Of a DNA stretch of 57,782 nt, positions 28,786 to 37,620 are shown piece by piece; position 1 is the stretch's first letter, and each line of letters starts with the position of its first letter. This DNA is from a virus (Duplodnaviria > Caudoviricetes), in the IMG/VR virus record IMGVR_UViG_3300032116_000235, positions 1 to 57,782 of that record; one strand, 5' to 3'. A model generated the notes under the pieces. It saw only the letters and a list, made by a program, of their open reading frames with translations, was not told where the DNA came from and made no database searches. Both the position numbers and the translations under genes were made by a program.

Positions 28786-29057
28786 AAAAGACATCTCTAA
28801 AAAAATTCATTCAAGAATTATTCGCTAAACCTAAACAGCCGCGAGTCACAAAACGAGAATTTGAGGTCGCCGGACTTCTCGCCAGCGGACTCACAAATCA
28901 AGGAGTCGCTGACAAGCTGGGAATCTCAATCAAAACAGTCGAGAGGCACCGGACGGCACTTCATAAGAAGAACAATCTTCGGAATACCGCCGATCTGACA
29001 CGCTGGGCATTGGCAAAAGGACTCACGGAAAACGAGTTTTTGCGCCGTAAAAAATAA
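28782..29057 (+). CDS. LuxR/GerE-family HTH transcription regulator (DNA-binding domain only)
   Basis: VTKREFEVAGLLASGLTNQGVADKLGISIKTVERHR. Confidence 0.85.
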   Translation: MKKTSLKKFIQELFAKPKQPRVTKREFEVAGLLASGLTNQGVADKLGISIKTVERHRTALHKKNNLRNTADLTRWALAKGLTENEFLRRKK

Positions 29058-29065
29058 TTGAATTA

Positions 29066-29099
29066 TTTCCTTTTCATTCGATGAATATTCGTTTTTAAT
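29066..29099 (+). promoter_or_regulatory. Putative early promoter 2
   Basis: TTTCCTTTTCA..17 nt..TTTAAT. Confidence 0.5.
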
Positions 29100-29153
29100 G
29101 CATCTCATCGGGGGAAACTCCGGTGAAAACCAAATCAATAAATAAATAAATCC

Positions 29154-29558
29154 ATGAATAATAAAACCATCAAAATCCTCTCGCGTCACAATACGCTCGC
29201 TGAAGCTGTTGAAGCCGCAAAACCTGACCTCTCGTATAATGAACGCGAGGCTCGCCAGTCAATCAACCTCACGGATCGCGGTTATAATCGTGATCGCGGA
29301 ACAATCGCCGCTTTTGTTTGTGAAGACGGGAAAATCCGTTTCGTGTATCAAGCTGACATCGCTCTTCTTCACGAATTCTCCCCGTTCTCCTCTTGCTTAA
29401 GCGATTCGCCTTTTGAGCTTGTATTCGATCAAGTTGATTATCTTGATTTCACGGGTCTCAGAATGACCAAGAACGCGAAATCCCGCCAGACGATCCGGTC
29501 ACTTCAAGCCGCTCCAGATAATACCGCCGCTGGTCGCTGTCACGCTCTCGTCTCCTAA
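29154..29558 (+). CDS. Early hypothetical protein
   Basis: AATAAATAAATAAAT leader, 134 aa. Confidence 0.6.
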   Translation: MNNKTIKILSRHNTLAEAVEAAKPDLSYNEREARQSINLTDRGYNRDRGTIAAFVCEDGKIRFVYQADIALLHEFSPFSSCLSDSPFELVFDQVDYLDFTGLRMTKNAKSRQTIRSLQAAPDNTAAGRCHALVS

Positions 29559-29606
29559 TCTCGTTCCTCCCAGAACATCAACATCAACCATAAATAAATA
29601 AATACC

Positions 29607-30377
29607 ATGTTAACTCTAACTAACCAAATCAATCAACTCAACGCAATCGACGCTGTTCATGCGGCGTCTCGCACCTCGGAAAAATACGGATTCGTTTCAA
29701 CTCGCTCCGTTATCGATAACCTCACCAACCTCGGATTCACCACTCGTTCTGTTCAGATTCAGCGAGTCAATAAGGAAGAACGGAAAGGTTTTCAGAAGCA
29801 TATCGTCCGAATGCAACACTCGTCTCTCATGCCGAAAGTCGGTGATGAGTTTCCTGAAATCGTTCTGATCAATTCCCACGATGGCGGTTGCTCCTACCGA
29901 ATGCTTCTTGGAATGTTCCGCCTCGTTTGCACTAACGGAATGGTTTCCGGTAATATCGAAGACGAAATTCGTTTCGTGCATCGCAAGGTGAATATCGACC
30001 GAATCAATGACGGCGTAATGCAGATGGTTGGACGAGCGGCAAGGCTCGGCGATGTCGTGAAGCGCATGAAGTCCCGCGAACTCACTCTGCCAGAGCAGGC
30101 GTCGTTTGTGGAAGAGGCTGTGAAGGTTCGCTATGATCGCCCCGGACAAGACGCCGATTACGCTGATCAGCGTGAGTGGAATACTCGCCTTCACGCAATG
30201 AACTCGATCCGCCGCTATGAAGATCGCGGAAATGACCTGTGGCGCGTTTTCAATCGCATTCAGGAAAACCTCACACAAGGTCGCGCTCGTAGCGGTGTTC
30301 GCCGCATCACTTCACCGACTACCGACCTGAATGTGAACCGCGAACTCTGGAACCTCGCCGAGCAATTCCTGAACTAA
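29607..30377 (+). CDS. DUF932/DUF945 family protein
   Basis: SEKYGFVST, KHIVRM, EIVLINSHDG, GMFRLVCTNGMV, LWRVFNRIQENL. Confidence 0.85.
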   Translation: MLTLTNQINQLNAIDAVHAASRTSEKYGFVSTRSVIDNLTNLGFTTRSVQIQRVNKEERKGFQKHIVRMQHSSLMPKVGDEFPEIVLINSHDGGCSYRMLLGMFRLVCTNGMVSGNIEDEIRFVHRKVNIDRINDGVMQMVGRAARLGDVVKRMKSRELTLPEQASFVEEAVKVRYDRPGQDADYADQREWNTRLHAMNSIRRYEDRGNDLWRVFNRIQENLTQGRARSGVRRITSPTTDLNVNRELWNLAEQFLN

Positions 30378-30381
30378 ATTC

Positions 30382-30419
30382 AAAAGAAACGGGAGGTCCG
30401 ATCCCTCCCTTCTTTTCTT
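30382..30419 (+). terminator. Rho-independent terminator
   Basis: aaaagaa..gggagg-loop-cctccc-ttcttttctt. Confidence 0.65.
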
Positions 30420-30860
30420 ATGAAATACTTCATTCTATTACTGGCAGGATCATCGCTCGTTTCCTGCTCATCAATCAGCACGGAAACTTATACCGAGCGC
30501 AGGGTATTGACTTACCCGAAGAAAACAACTCCGCACATCAAAGAAATGTATATGCAGGAGCCTCGCGTTGCGCCACAAGCCGCAGTTCCTCAAAACGCAA
30601 CTTTTGAGGAGCCGTTGCCTGTGAATAACGATTTTGTCTATGTGAATCCCGACATGCCTGCCGAGGTTCATCCTGACAGCGTCACGCTTGGCTCTACAAA
30701 GGCCAATGTCGGGCGAGTTATGGGAACCCCAACCAAAGTCACAAAACATACTGAAACGGAATTCTGGTGGTATAAATCCAGTTATATTGTTTTCAACTCT
30801 CATGGAGAAGTTGAAGGTTGGAGCCAGAACGGAACACCGCTCAAATTAGCAATAAATTAA
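30420..30860 (+). CDS. Lipoprotein with SmpA/BamE-like C-terminal domain
   Basis: Lipobox LVS-C; LGSTKANVGRVMGTP..WWY..FN..GEV. Confidence 0.55.
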   Translation: MKYFILLLAGSSLVSCSSISTETYTERRVLTYPKKTTPHIKEMYMQEPRVAPQAAVPQNATFEEPLPVNNDFVYVNPDMPAEVHPDSVTLGSTKANVGRVMGTPTKVTKHTETEFWWYKSSYIVFNSHGEVEGWSQNGTPLKLAIN

Positions 30861-30863
30861 TAT

Positions 30864-31328
30864 ATGTATATCACTCACAACGAAGAACCGATTCCAGCCG
30901 AACATCTCAATACGACCGGAATCATCCAAAGCAACTACAAACTCCTACTTGAAATGTTTGGGGAACCGAATGTTCTCAATTCAGATCATCTGCATGTCGA
31001 GTGGCGACTGCGCATTGGGCCTCATATCGTGGCCATCACAAACTATATTGGCGTCACGCAACCTAAATTGGAGAATGTTGCGCTCTGGCCGATAGCTTGC
31101 ACTTCGCCCGGAGCGGTTCATGCACTCCGCGAAATACTCGAAAACCCAATACCAAGTATGCGCCGGAAAATTGAAATGGAAATTGCTCTGGCCGGATATG
31201 ATGAAACAGGAAAACGATTGGAATTACTTGAAAGTTGCGCTCGCAATTTAGAGCAACTTTGCAAAGCAACCACAATCATGTGCCGAAACGCCGAAACCGC
31301 ATTAGCTAACTTGAAAGGACTCCTATGA
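30864..31328 (+). CDS. Hypothetical protein
   Basis: 154-aa ORF with YxxLxxxFGEP..EW motif. Confidence 0.6.
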   Translation: MYITHNEEPIPAEHLNTTGIIQSNYKLLLEMFGEPNVLNSDHLHVEWRLRIGPHIVAITNYIGVTQPKLENVALWPIACTSPGAVHALREILENPIPSMRRKIEMEIALAGYDETGKRLELLESCARNLEQLCKATTIMCRNAETALANLKGLL

Positions 31329-31633
31329 TCCCAAAACGCAAACCGCGAAAAAAGATGGCTCCACGCCGGATGATTATGGGAAGCGTGTGGGTTTGCCCTG
31401 AAAATGAATCCTCACTGACTTTCAAATTTGACACCGAGGAACTGATCAACAGACAAGCCGAAAGTGATGGTTTCAAATATAAACGGATCAGAGGAGAATA
31501 CGCGACCCGAAAGAACTTCGATCTTCTGTGGAGATTGCAGACAACTTTCGATAAATCGCCGAGCAATACCGAGAAATTCCGCAATATCGCTTTGGATGGC
31601 CGCTTGCTATTCGTGGAGGTAGAACATGAATAA
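31325..31633 (+). CDS. Hypothetical protein
   Basis: Overlapping start/stop packing. Confidence 0.55.
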   Translation: MIPKRKPRKKMAPRRMIMGSVWVCPENESSLTFKFDTEELINRQAESDGFKYKRIRGEYATRKNFDLLWRLQTTFDKSPSNTEKFRNIALDGRLLFVEVEHE

Positions 31634-31733
31634 TCTCCTATATTTACAATGGTCGCTGGAAGCGTTCATTAAGGTGGTTCTTCCGCTCGGGTTAGCGTTT
31701 TACATCTATCACATCAACTTCTCTAAAAAATGA
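31626..31733 (+). CDS. Small membrane peptide (35 aa)
   Basis: MNNLLYLQWSLEAFIKVVLPLGLAFYIYHINFSKK; fills the gap with overlaps. Confidence 0.4.
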   Translation: MNNLLYLQWSLEAFIKVVLPLGLAFYIYHINFSKK

Positions 31734-31891
31734 GCGAAATTCCATTCATCATATTGGCGATTGCGAGTTTCATTGCGATTGCATTCGCTTATCGCGCCGG
31801 ACAACAGAAAATCCTCGATGAATTTGAGGAATACTCGAAAAGAAGGCGTGAACGGGAAAGCCGCTGGCAAGAGTTTGAGGAGGAGGACTGA
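31730..31891 (+). CDS. Small single-TM protein (53 aa)
   Basis: MSEIPFIILAIASFIAIAFAYRAG... with charged tail. Confidence 0.5.
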   Translation: MSEIPFIILAIASFIAIAFAYRAGQQKILDEFEEYSKRRRERESRWQEFEEED

Positions 31892-31893
31892 CC

Positions 31894-32088
31894 ATGGGCG
31901 GCACCGAGAAAACAATTCATGACTGCATGCCTCCAGAAGTGTATATGCGCCTATGGAATTCTGTTGCGAAGAACAGCGATGGGCCTCGCTACGCCAGCAC
32001 AGTCATTGTGAAAAAAAAGATTGACAGTCCACGGCAAAATAACAATGTTCCTGCCCGTCCTAAAAAAAGGGACAACATTGATAAATAG
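31894..32088 (+). CDS. Hypothetical protein
   Basis: 64-aa ORF in packed operon. Confidence 0.45.
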   Translation: MGGTEKTIHDCMPPEVYMRLWNSVAKNSDGPRYASTVIVKKKIDSPRQNNNVPARPKKRDNIDK

Positions 32089-32090
32089 CC

Positions 32091-32330
32091 ATGAACAATA
32101 ATAACAATAAGAAAATAAATTTCCCAGCCTTTCCAGTCTCCCCATACGCTGGCGACAGGGACAATGCTCCAATCAAATCTAATACTGGAATGTCCATGAG
32201 AGATTTTTTTGCCAGTATGTGCCTCGTCGGTCTGGCGGGAGAAATAATCGAAGACACTACGGCAGAGGAAATCGCGGATTCAGCTTATGAAATCGCGGAT
32301 GCCATGCTTGGGAAACTTGGAAAATTATGA
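32091..32330 (+). CDS. Conserved small phage protein (PAFP...GMSxRDxFA family)
   Basis: PAFP...GMSMRDFFA...AYEIADAML. Confidence 0.7.
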   Translation: MNNNNNKKINFPAFPVSPYAGDRDNAPIKSNTGMSMRDFFASMCLVGLAGEIIEDTTAEEIADSAYEIADAMLGKLGKL

Positions 32331-32524
32331 GCGACGAAAACAACACAGAGGAGAAACCGAAATCTTTCGATGAAATCGTTGATTCGATTGATTTAAGTTC
32401 TCTGACTGTGAAGGATGTCCTCGGCGATCTTTTCAGATCGTTCCAATATATTTCAACCAGAGTTGCCGTAGCGATTCGCTTACTTGAAAAATTGGAGAAT
32501 CAGAAAAATGACGGAGTATCCTGA
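32327..32524 (+). CDS. Hypothetical protein
   Basis: 65-aa ORF. Confidence 0.5.
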   Translation: MSDENNTEEKPKSFDEIVDSIDLSSLTVKDVLGDLFRSFQYISTRVAVAIRLLEKLENQKNDGVS

Positions 32525-32732
32525 TAGGATTCCATACGCAGAGTGGATCAATAGCCAGTTATCAATAGCGAGATTCTACGGAGGCATTAAAGTCAACGGG
32601 AAGAGCTATGTCATTGACAAAGAAACTAACGATTTGGTGATTCCCATGTCGCGCAAAAAGCGCAAGGAACTCGCCGAGAAAAAAAATAAAAAAGAACTTT
32701 CCATTTCAGATGAAATGAATTTTAATCCTTAG
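32508..32732 (+). CDS. Hypothetical protein
   Basis: W..SQLSIARFYGGIKVNG..Y motif. Confidence 0.55.
   Translation: MTEYPDRIPYAEWINSQLSIARFYGGIKVNGKSYVIDKETNDLVIPMSRKKRKELAEKKNKKELSISDEMNFNP
32698..32726 (+). promoter_or_regulatory. Putative early promoter 3
   Basis: TTTCCATTTCA...TTTAAT (TTTCCA-17-TTTAAT), followed by an AAATAAATAAATAAAT leader. Confidence 0.45.
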
Positions 32733-32764
32733 CGCAGTTCACCTGCTCAAATAAATAAATAAAT

Positions 32765-33181
32765 ATGCAAACATTCCTGCCATTCAAATCGTTCCGCGAC
32801 TCCGCTCGCGTTCTCGATAACCGCCGACTCGGTAAACAGCGTGTCGAATGCCTTCAAATCTTGAAGGCTCTCAATGACCCTGACTACGGCTGGCAAAACC
32901 ATCCCGCTACAAAAATGTGGCGCGGAGATTCATTCGGCCTCGCTCAATACGGACTGAATATCTGTGATGAGTGGATTCGCCGTGGCTTCAAGGATACCTG
33001 CCGAGAAAAAATCGCGCAGTTCTCCTGCACTCCGATAACGCTTGAATACATTTCACGCGATTGGATCACCGATGGGTTGTGCCTGTCTCACCGGAGCAAC
33101 CTTGTCCGTAAAATGCCTGAACACTACTCGAAATACTTTCCCGATGTTCCGAACAATCTTCCTTACATCTGGCCAGCTTAA
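32765..33181 (+). CDS. Pyrimidine-dimer DNA glycosylase-like (T4 endonuclease V / MSMEG_6728 family)
   Basis: MQTFLPF..LDNRRLGKQRVE..GWQNHPA..MW..HRSNL. Confidence 0.8.
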   Translation: MQTFLPFKSFRDSARVLDNRRLGKQRVECLQILKALNDPDYGWQNHPATKMWRGDSFGLAQYGLNICDEWIRRGFKDTCREKIAQFSCTPITLEYISRDWITDGLCLSHRSNLVRKMPEHYSKYFPDVPNNLPYIWPA

Positions 33182-33190
33182 ACAATCACC

Positions 33191-33370
33191 ATGAAACATA
33201 CATCCATAACGATGAAATTCGCCTGTGGCGAAAAAGAACTGAACGAAGCCGCAACTTATTTCGGCCTCAAGAAAGCAAACCGCGAACACTATCGCCGCTT
33301 CATAAATTACATGATTGCGGCTGGTGATCGTGAGTTGAAAAAAGAGGTTGCTGAAAAACAGCCCCAATAA
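33191..33370 (+). CDS. Hypothetical protein (59 aa)
   Basis: Open frame ATG 33191 to TAA 33370. Confidence 0.45.
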   Translation: MKHTSITMKFACGEKELNEAATYFGLKKANREHYRRFINYMIAAGDRELKKEVAEKQPQ

Positions 33371-33404
33371 TCACCCCAAGAACCAAAAACCCAATAATAA
33401 ATAA

Positions 33405-34196
33405 ATGAGCCAAATAGCAATACCAATAAATGAAATAGAACGCATGGCGGAAATTATCTCCAAAGCTAACTTCTTTGGATACGCCAATCTTGAACAGGCG
33501 GCAACGCTTATGTTCATCGCTCAAGCGGAAGGTCGCCATCCGGCATCTGCCGCCAAGGAGTATCACATCATCAAAGGCAGACCCGCTCTTAAAGCGGATG
33601 CGATGCTTGCCCGATTCCAGCAAGCTGGCGGAAGCGTTCAATGGGTCGAACGCACCGACTTAAAAGTATCGGCCAAGTTTTCGCATCCGCAGGGCGGAGA
33701 GGTTCCCATCTGCTGGACGATTGAGGATGCCAAACGAGCGGGTCTCACGAACAACGACAACTGGCGCAAATATCCCCGCCAAATGCTGTCTGCTCGCGTG
33801 ATCAGTGAAGGCGTGAGGGCAACCTACCCAAGCGTTGTCTCTGGCCTTTATACGCCAGAGGAGGTTCAGGATTTTACTCCTGAAAAGCCAGCCGCTCCTA
33901 AAATCTCCCGCCCGAAATTTGAGGAGCCTGTTGCTCCCGCGATTGAGGTTCAAGCAGAAGTGGTGCAGGAAACTTATGAACCAACCGCCGAGGAGCGAGA
34001 TTCCACGGCTAATCGTGATTCTCTGTGGCAACTGATGGAAACGCATCAATACACCGAGGCCGACATAATGAGCTTCATTGTCGATAAAGGCGTAAAAACC
34101 GATGCGACCCGTATTGCGGATTTGAGCGACAAAATCATTTCGCGCCTCGTTGAAAAATTCAATCTGATTGAAAAATTCATGGAGGAAAAGAAGTGA
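33405..34196 (+). CDS. RecT/Red-beta-like single-strand annealing protein
   Basis: HIIKGRPAL, WTIEDAKRAGL, NWRKYPRQML.AR, GLYTPEE. Confidence 0.75.
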   Translation: MSQIAIPINEIERMAEIISKANFFGYANLEQAATLMFIAQAEGRHPASAAKEYHIIKGRPALKADAMLARFQQAGGSVQWVERTDLKVSAKFSHPQGGEVPICWTIEDAKRAGLTNNDNWRKYPRQMLSARVISEGVRATYPSVVSGLYTPEEVQDFTPEKPAAPKISRPKFEEPVAPAIEVQAEVVQETYEPTAEERDSTANRDSLWQLMETHQYTEADIMSFIVDKGVKTDATRIADLSDKIISRLVEKFNLIEKFMEEKK

Positions 34197-35257
34197 GCGA
34201 CGAGCGCAACGGAAAAATCTCCGGAAGCGGAATGACGGCACTCGCCGCTTGTCCGGGAAAATTCAACTTGGAAAAAACTCTCCCGAAGCAACCTTCGGGG
34301 GAGGCGGCGGAACTCGGCAACAGAGTCCATGAATATATCGCTTCCGAAGGGAAAACGAAACTCATCGACCCCGAACGCGAGATTGCTGAACTCATCGTCA
34401 GCAAATACGAGGAAGCCATTGAAATTATCGGACTCGGAAAGCCGGACAAAACTCTGCGCGAAACGAGGCTCTGGTATGGCGAAGATTGGAGCGGACAAAT
34501 TGACCGCATCGACTTCTACGAGTCTGTCACAAGGAATACGGCTATCGTTACCGATTACAAAACGGGTCGAATTGCCCAAAGCTCGGCGTCAGACAACCTT
34601 CAACTCCGCGCCTATGCGGTGCTGGTAAAGAAGGCATATCCGCAACTCAATCGTATATTTGTCAGCATCGTCCAGCCTCTGGCTGGTGAAACAACGATCA
34701 CAGAATACAACGATGAGGACTTGCGTCAGGCGGATCAACAAATCGCCGAGATTGTCGCCAAGGCATATCAGCCGGACGCGCCAAGGATTCCGAGTCCGAC
34801 TGCTTGTAAGTATTGCGCGGCAAAATCGGTCTGTCCAGAGGCGCGAGGATTGACCGCTCAAGTCATGCAAATTGCCAGCGACAATGTGAAGGCACTCACC
34901 AACGACGAGCTTGGCAAATACCTTGAACGAGCCGAAGTTGTTGAGGATATTATTGAGGCTCTGAAAGCCGAGGCTAAATCCCGTCTGTTGGCTGGAATTC
35001 CGATCAACGGATATAAGCTCGAAAATGGTAATTCATCCCGTTCAATTCCGAATCCTGATTCGGCATACGAGCGGCTGAAAGAAGTTATGACTCCGCAGGA
35101 GTTTACAAAATGTTGCAAGGTATCCGCGCCACAACTTGAATCGTTGTTGGCAAAGTCCCTGCAAATCAAAGCAAAAGAAGCAAAACAAAAACTGACCGAT
35201 CTTCTTGGCGAACAACTCGTCGTGAAGCAAGGCGAACAAAAAATGGTAAAGGCATAA
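34193..35257 (+). CDS. PD-(D/E)xK exonuclease (DUF2800/Cas4-like)
   Basis: CPG..GNRVH, GQID..DYKTG, NLQLRAY, CKYC..CP. Confidence 0.8.
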   Translation: MSDERNGKISGSGMTALAACPGKFNLEKTLPKQPSGEAAELGNRVHEYIASEGKTKLIDPEREIAELIVSKYEEAIEIIGLGKPDKTLRETRLWYGEDWSGQIDRIDFYESVTRNTAIVTDYKTGRIAQSSASDNLQLRAYAVLVKKAYPQLNRIFVSIVQPLAGETTITEYNDEDLRQADQQIAEIVAKAYQPDAPRIPSPTACKYCAAKSVCPEARGLTAQVMQIASDNVKALTNDELGKYLERAEVVEDIIEALKAEAKSRLLAGIPINGYKLENGNSSRSIPNPDSAYERLKEVMTPQEFTKCCKVSAPQLESLLAKSLQIKAKEAKQKLTDLLGEQLVVKQGEQKMVKA

Positions 35258-35258
35258 T

Positions 35259-35828
35259 ATGAGCGAAGAAAATAGATATGTAACTGAGGCCGGAACCTTC
35301 ATGGCGAAAGTGAAGATGCCGGGAAATGGCTGGTTCGGTGAATCAGGCAAAAAGAAAACTCCATTCATCCGTATTCCGTTGTTGATTACCGATGGGCCAC
35401 AAAAAGGACGGGAAATTGTCTGGAAAGGCTACATTACCCGAGATGCTGTTGCCGGAACAGTCAAGCGTCTCGCCAAGGCATTCGGTTGGGATGGCGACCT
35501 AAATAAACTCACTCACGGCCATGATGACGAAGACGATAATGTTTTCCTCAACAAAGAATGCCAAGTTGTAGTTGAAGAGGAGGAGTATGAAGGCAAGACC
35601 TATTTCCGCGCAAAGTGGCTGAATGCTATTGAAAAAGATGCTGGCTTGCCGAAAGATCGCGTTGCAGACCTAATCTCCAGCCTCAATTCGCTATCGAAAG
35701 CGGCGGCATCCGAAGCGCAAGAAGAAGAGGACGCGCCGGAACGCAAGCCGAAGGCGAAGGCTAAGAAGGTCGATGAGAAATATGAAGGCCGGACTCACTC
35801 TGATGAAGGTGATGAAATTCCATTCTAA
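35259..35828 (+). CDS. ssb: Single-stranded DNA-binding protein (DUF669-like)
   Basis: Follows SSAP and exonuclease; acidic tail ending DEIPF. Confidence 0.7.
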   Translation: MSEENRYVTEAGTFMAKVKMPGNGWFGESGKKKTPFIRIPLLITDGPQKGREIVWKGYITRDAVAGTVKRLAKAFGWDGDLNKLTHGHDDEDDNVFLNKECQVVVEEEEYEGKTYFRAKWLNAIEKDAGLPKDRVADLISSLNSLSKAAASEAQEEEDAPERKPKAKAKKVDEKYEGRTHSDEGDEIPF

Positions 35829-36182
35829 ATGAAAACGAAGGAACTTCCAAGAAAGGATGAGTTGGCTATTGTCGGTGAAGTCAACGAGCCTGAAACGATT
35901 GAGGTCGAGTTCGTCAACAACGATCCCGCAGAATACAACAAGCTGGAACTCTCAAAATCCTGCGAGTTGATTTCGGGATTGCTGGAGGAAAACTGGACTG
36001 GCATCCAAAAAGCCATTACGGAGAGTCCCGAAGGAAAAACGACAGTCAGTTTCAACTTGTATCTCAATCACACTTCGGCCAGCGGTCGATATGTGAAGGC
36101 AAAGCTCGCCTACAATCTGAAAGCCAAGTCGGAGACGGCAGAGGTTTTCGTTGGTGACCCAAATCAACCAGAAATGTTTTAA
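35829..36182 (+). CDS. Hypothetical protein
   Basis: 117 aa, ends DPNQPEMF. Confidence 0.6.
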   Translation: MKTKELPRKDELAIVGEVNEPETIEVEFVNNDPAEYNKLELSKSCELISGLLEENWTGIQKAITESPEGKTTVSFNLYLNHTSASGRYVKAKLAYNLKAKSETAEVFVGDPNQPEMF

Positions 36183-36625
36183 TGGACTATCCGGCTTCCA
36201 TTGCGTTCAGCATTCCGATTACTCCGTTATCCTTGCAGATGTCGGGGAAGCGGTTACAGATACGCAATGGTAAGCCGATATTCTTCAAGACCAAAAAAGC
36301 ATCGGACTACCAGAAAATCATCAATCTATACTCAATCAAATACAAACCGCAGGCTCCTTGGGACTGCGCGATACGCTTAGAGATAGATTATTTTCTGGAA
36401 AGGCCAATGCGCCTCAATACCAAAAAAACTCCGCAGGGTGCCTTGCCGCACACCAAGCGACCCGATCTGGATAACCTTCAGAAAGGAACGCAAGACGCCT
36501 TGCGGGATTTTTGGTTAGACGATTCTCAAATTGCTGATCTTGCGATCAGGAAGTTTTATGTGGCTTTCGGGCAACAGCCATCAATCAAAATCAAAATTAC
36601 CAAACTCCAATCAATAAATGAATAA
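36182..36625 (+). CDS. rusA: RusA-family Holliday junction resolvase
   Basis: KRPDLDNLQKG.QDAL..DDSQI. Confidence 0.85.
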   Translation: MDYPASIAFSIPITPLSLQMSGKRLQIRNGKPIFFKTKKASDYQKIINLYSIKYKPQAPWDCAIRLEIDYFLERPMRLNTKKTPQGALPHTKRPDLDNLQKGTQDALRDFWLDDSQIADLAIRKFYVAFGQQPSIKIKITKLQSINE

Positions 36626-36956
36626 ATACCAAGAAGAATTGCAGTTCGATAAACCAACGAAAAACGCTGGCGAACTTGAAAAACGATTCTTAAAATACCA
36701 TGCTGAAAACCCGAATATTTACGATGCGCTTGTTGATCTTGCGCGTAAATCTCGCCGCTATCGTCCTGATCGCGTCATAGGGATTCAGATGCTTTTCGAG
36801 GTTCTTCGGTGGAACTATTATACTTCCGTTCATACTACCGAGGAATACAAGTTTCCGAATGCGTTTGCGGCTGGTTATTCCCGCCTCATCATGAAACAGG
36901 AGCCTGACCTAAAAGGCATTTTCCGTGTGGCAAAAAGTGAATTTGATGCAGAATAA
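36618..36956 (+). CDS. Phage hypothetical protein
   Basis: YHAENPNIY...LFEVLRW...YSRLIM motif. Confidence 0.65.
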   Translation: MNKYQEELQFDKPTKNAGELEKRFLKYHAENPNIYDALVDLARKSRRYRPDRVIGIQMLFEVLRWNYYTSVHTTEEYKFPNAFAAGYSRLIMKQEPDLKGIFRVAKSEFDAE

Positions 36957-37620
36957 TCAATCTGTGAATTACTACACTTATCACATTGGCGATTATCGAA
37001 CCGCCACGGCGCACCTGTCGTTAGAGGAGGACGCTACCTATAAACGCCTGTTGGATTACCAATACGACAAGGAATGCCCGATTCCAGACGATCCGGCGGT
37101 CATGGCGAGGCGATTACGGAGCAATGAGAAACTTGTCTCCGCAATGCTGTCGGAATTCTTTACTCTGACTGACGCCGGATGGGTCAACAAGCGGGTATGG
37201 GATGAAGTCGGGAAGCATCAGGAATTCATTGACAAGCAAAAGCACAATGGCCGAAAGGGAGGCAGGGCAAAAACCCAAGCCGAACCCAACGCTAACCCAA
37301 CGCAAACCCTCCCAATACCCAATACCCATATCCCAATACTTAAAAAGGCAATCAATTTTGAGAAGCTACCGGAACCGCTCAGAACTGATGAGTTTCAGGA
37401 TGCTTGGAAACGATTCGTTTCCTATCGGGCAGAACGCAAAAAGCCAATATATCAATCATCAATGGAGGCGAAGTGGGCGCAAATGGAGTCATGGGGTTCT
37501 GAATGCGCCGTTCAGGCCATCGAGAACTCTATTGCCAACGGATGGCAAGGCATCTTCCCGCCACAGGGCGAGAAAGCAAAAAAGAAAGAGGAATCCAGTA
37601 AATTCAGAGGTTCATTCTAA
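36946..37620 (+). CDS. Replication initiator, DUF1376/YdaU family (lambda O-like)
   Basis: YYTYHIGDY..TAHLS.EE..Y.RLLD; internal iteron-like repeats; C-terminal SIANGWQG; upstream of DnaC-like gene. Confidence 0.8.
   Translation: MQNNQSVNYYTYHIGDYRTATAHLSLEEDATYKRLLDYQYDKECPIPDDPAVMARRLRSNEKLVSAMLSEFFTLTDAGWVNKRVWDEVGKHQEFIDKQKHNGRKGGRAKTQAEPNANPTQTLPIPNTHIPILKKAINFEKLPEPLRTDEFQDAWKRFVSYRAERKKPIYQSSMEAKWAQMESWGSECAVQAIENSIANGWQGIFPPQGEKAKKKEESSKFRGSF
37271..37347. repeat. Putative origin of replication iterons inside initiator gene
   Basis: AACCC at 11-bp period x4, then CCCA(A/T)x at 7-bp period x4, then an A/T-rich stretch; lambdoid origins lie within the initiator gene. Confidence 0.7.

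Noticed and set aside
32021-32050. TTGACA promoter candidate inside ORF 31894-32088
   Set aside because: No convincing -10 box at 16-18 bp spacing
34193-35257. Cas4 / CRISPR adaptation gene
   Set aside because: Its context between SSAP and SSB indicates a phage recombination exonuclease
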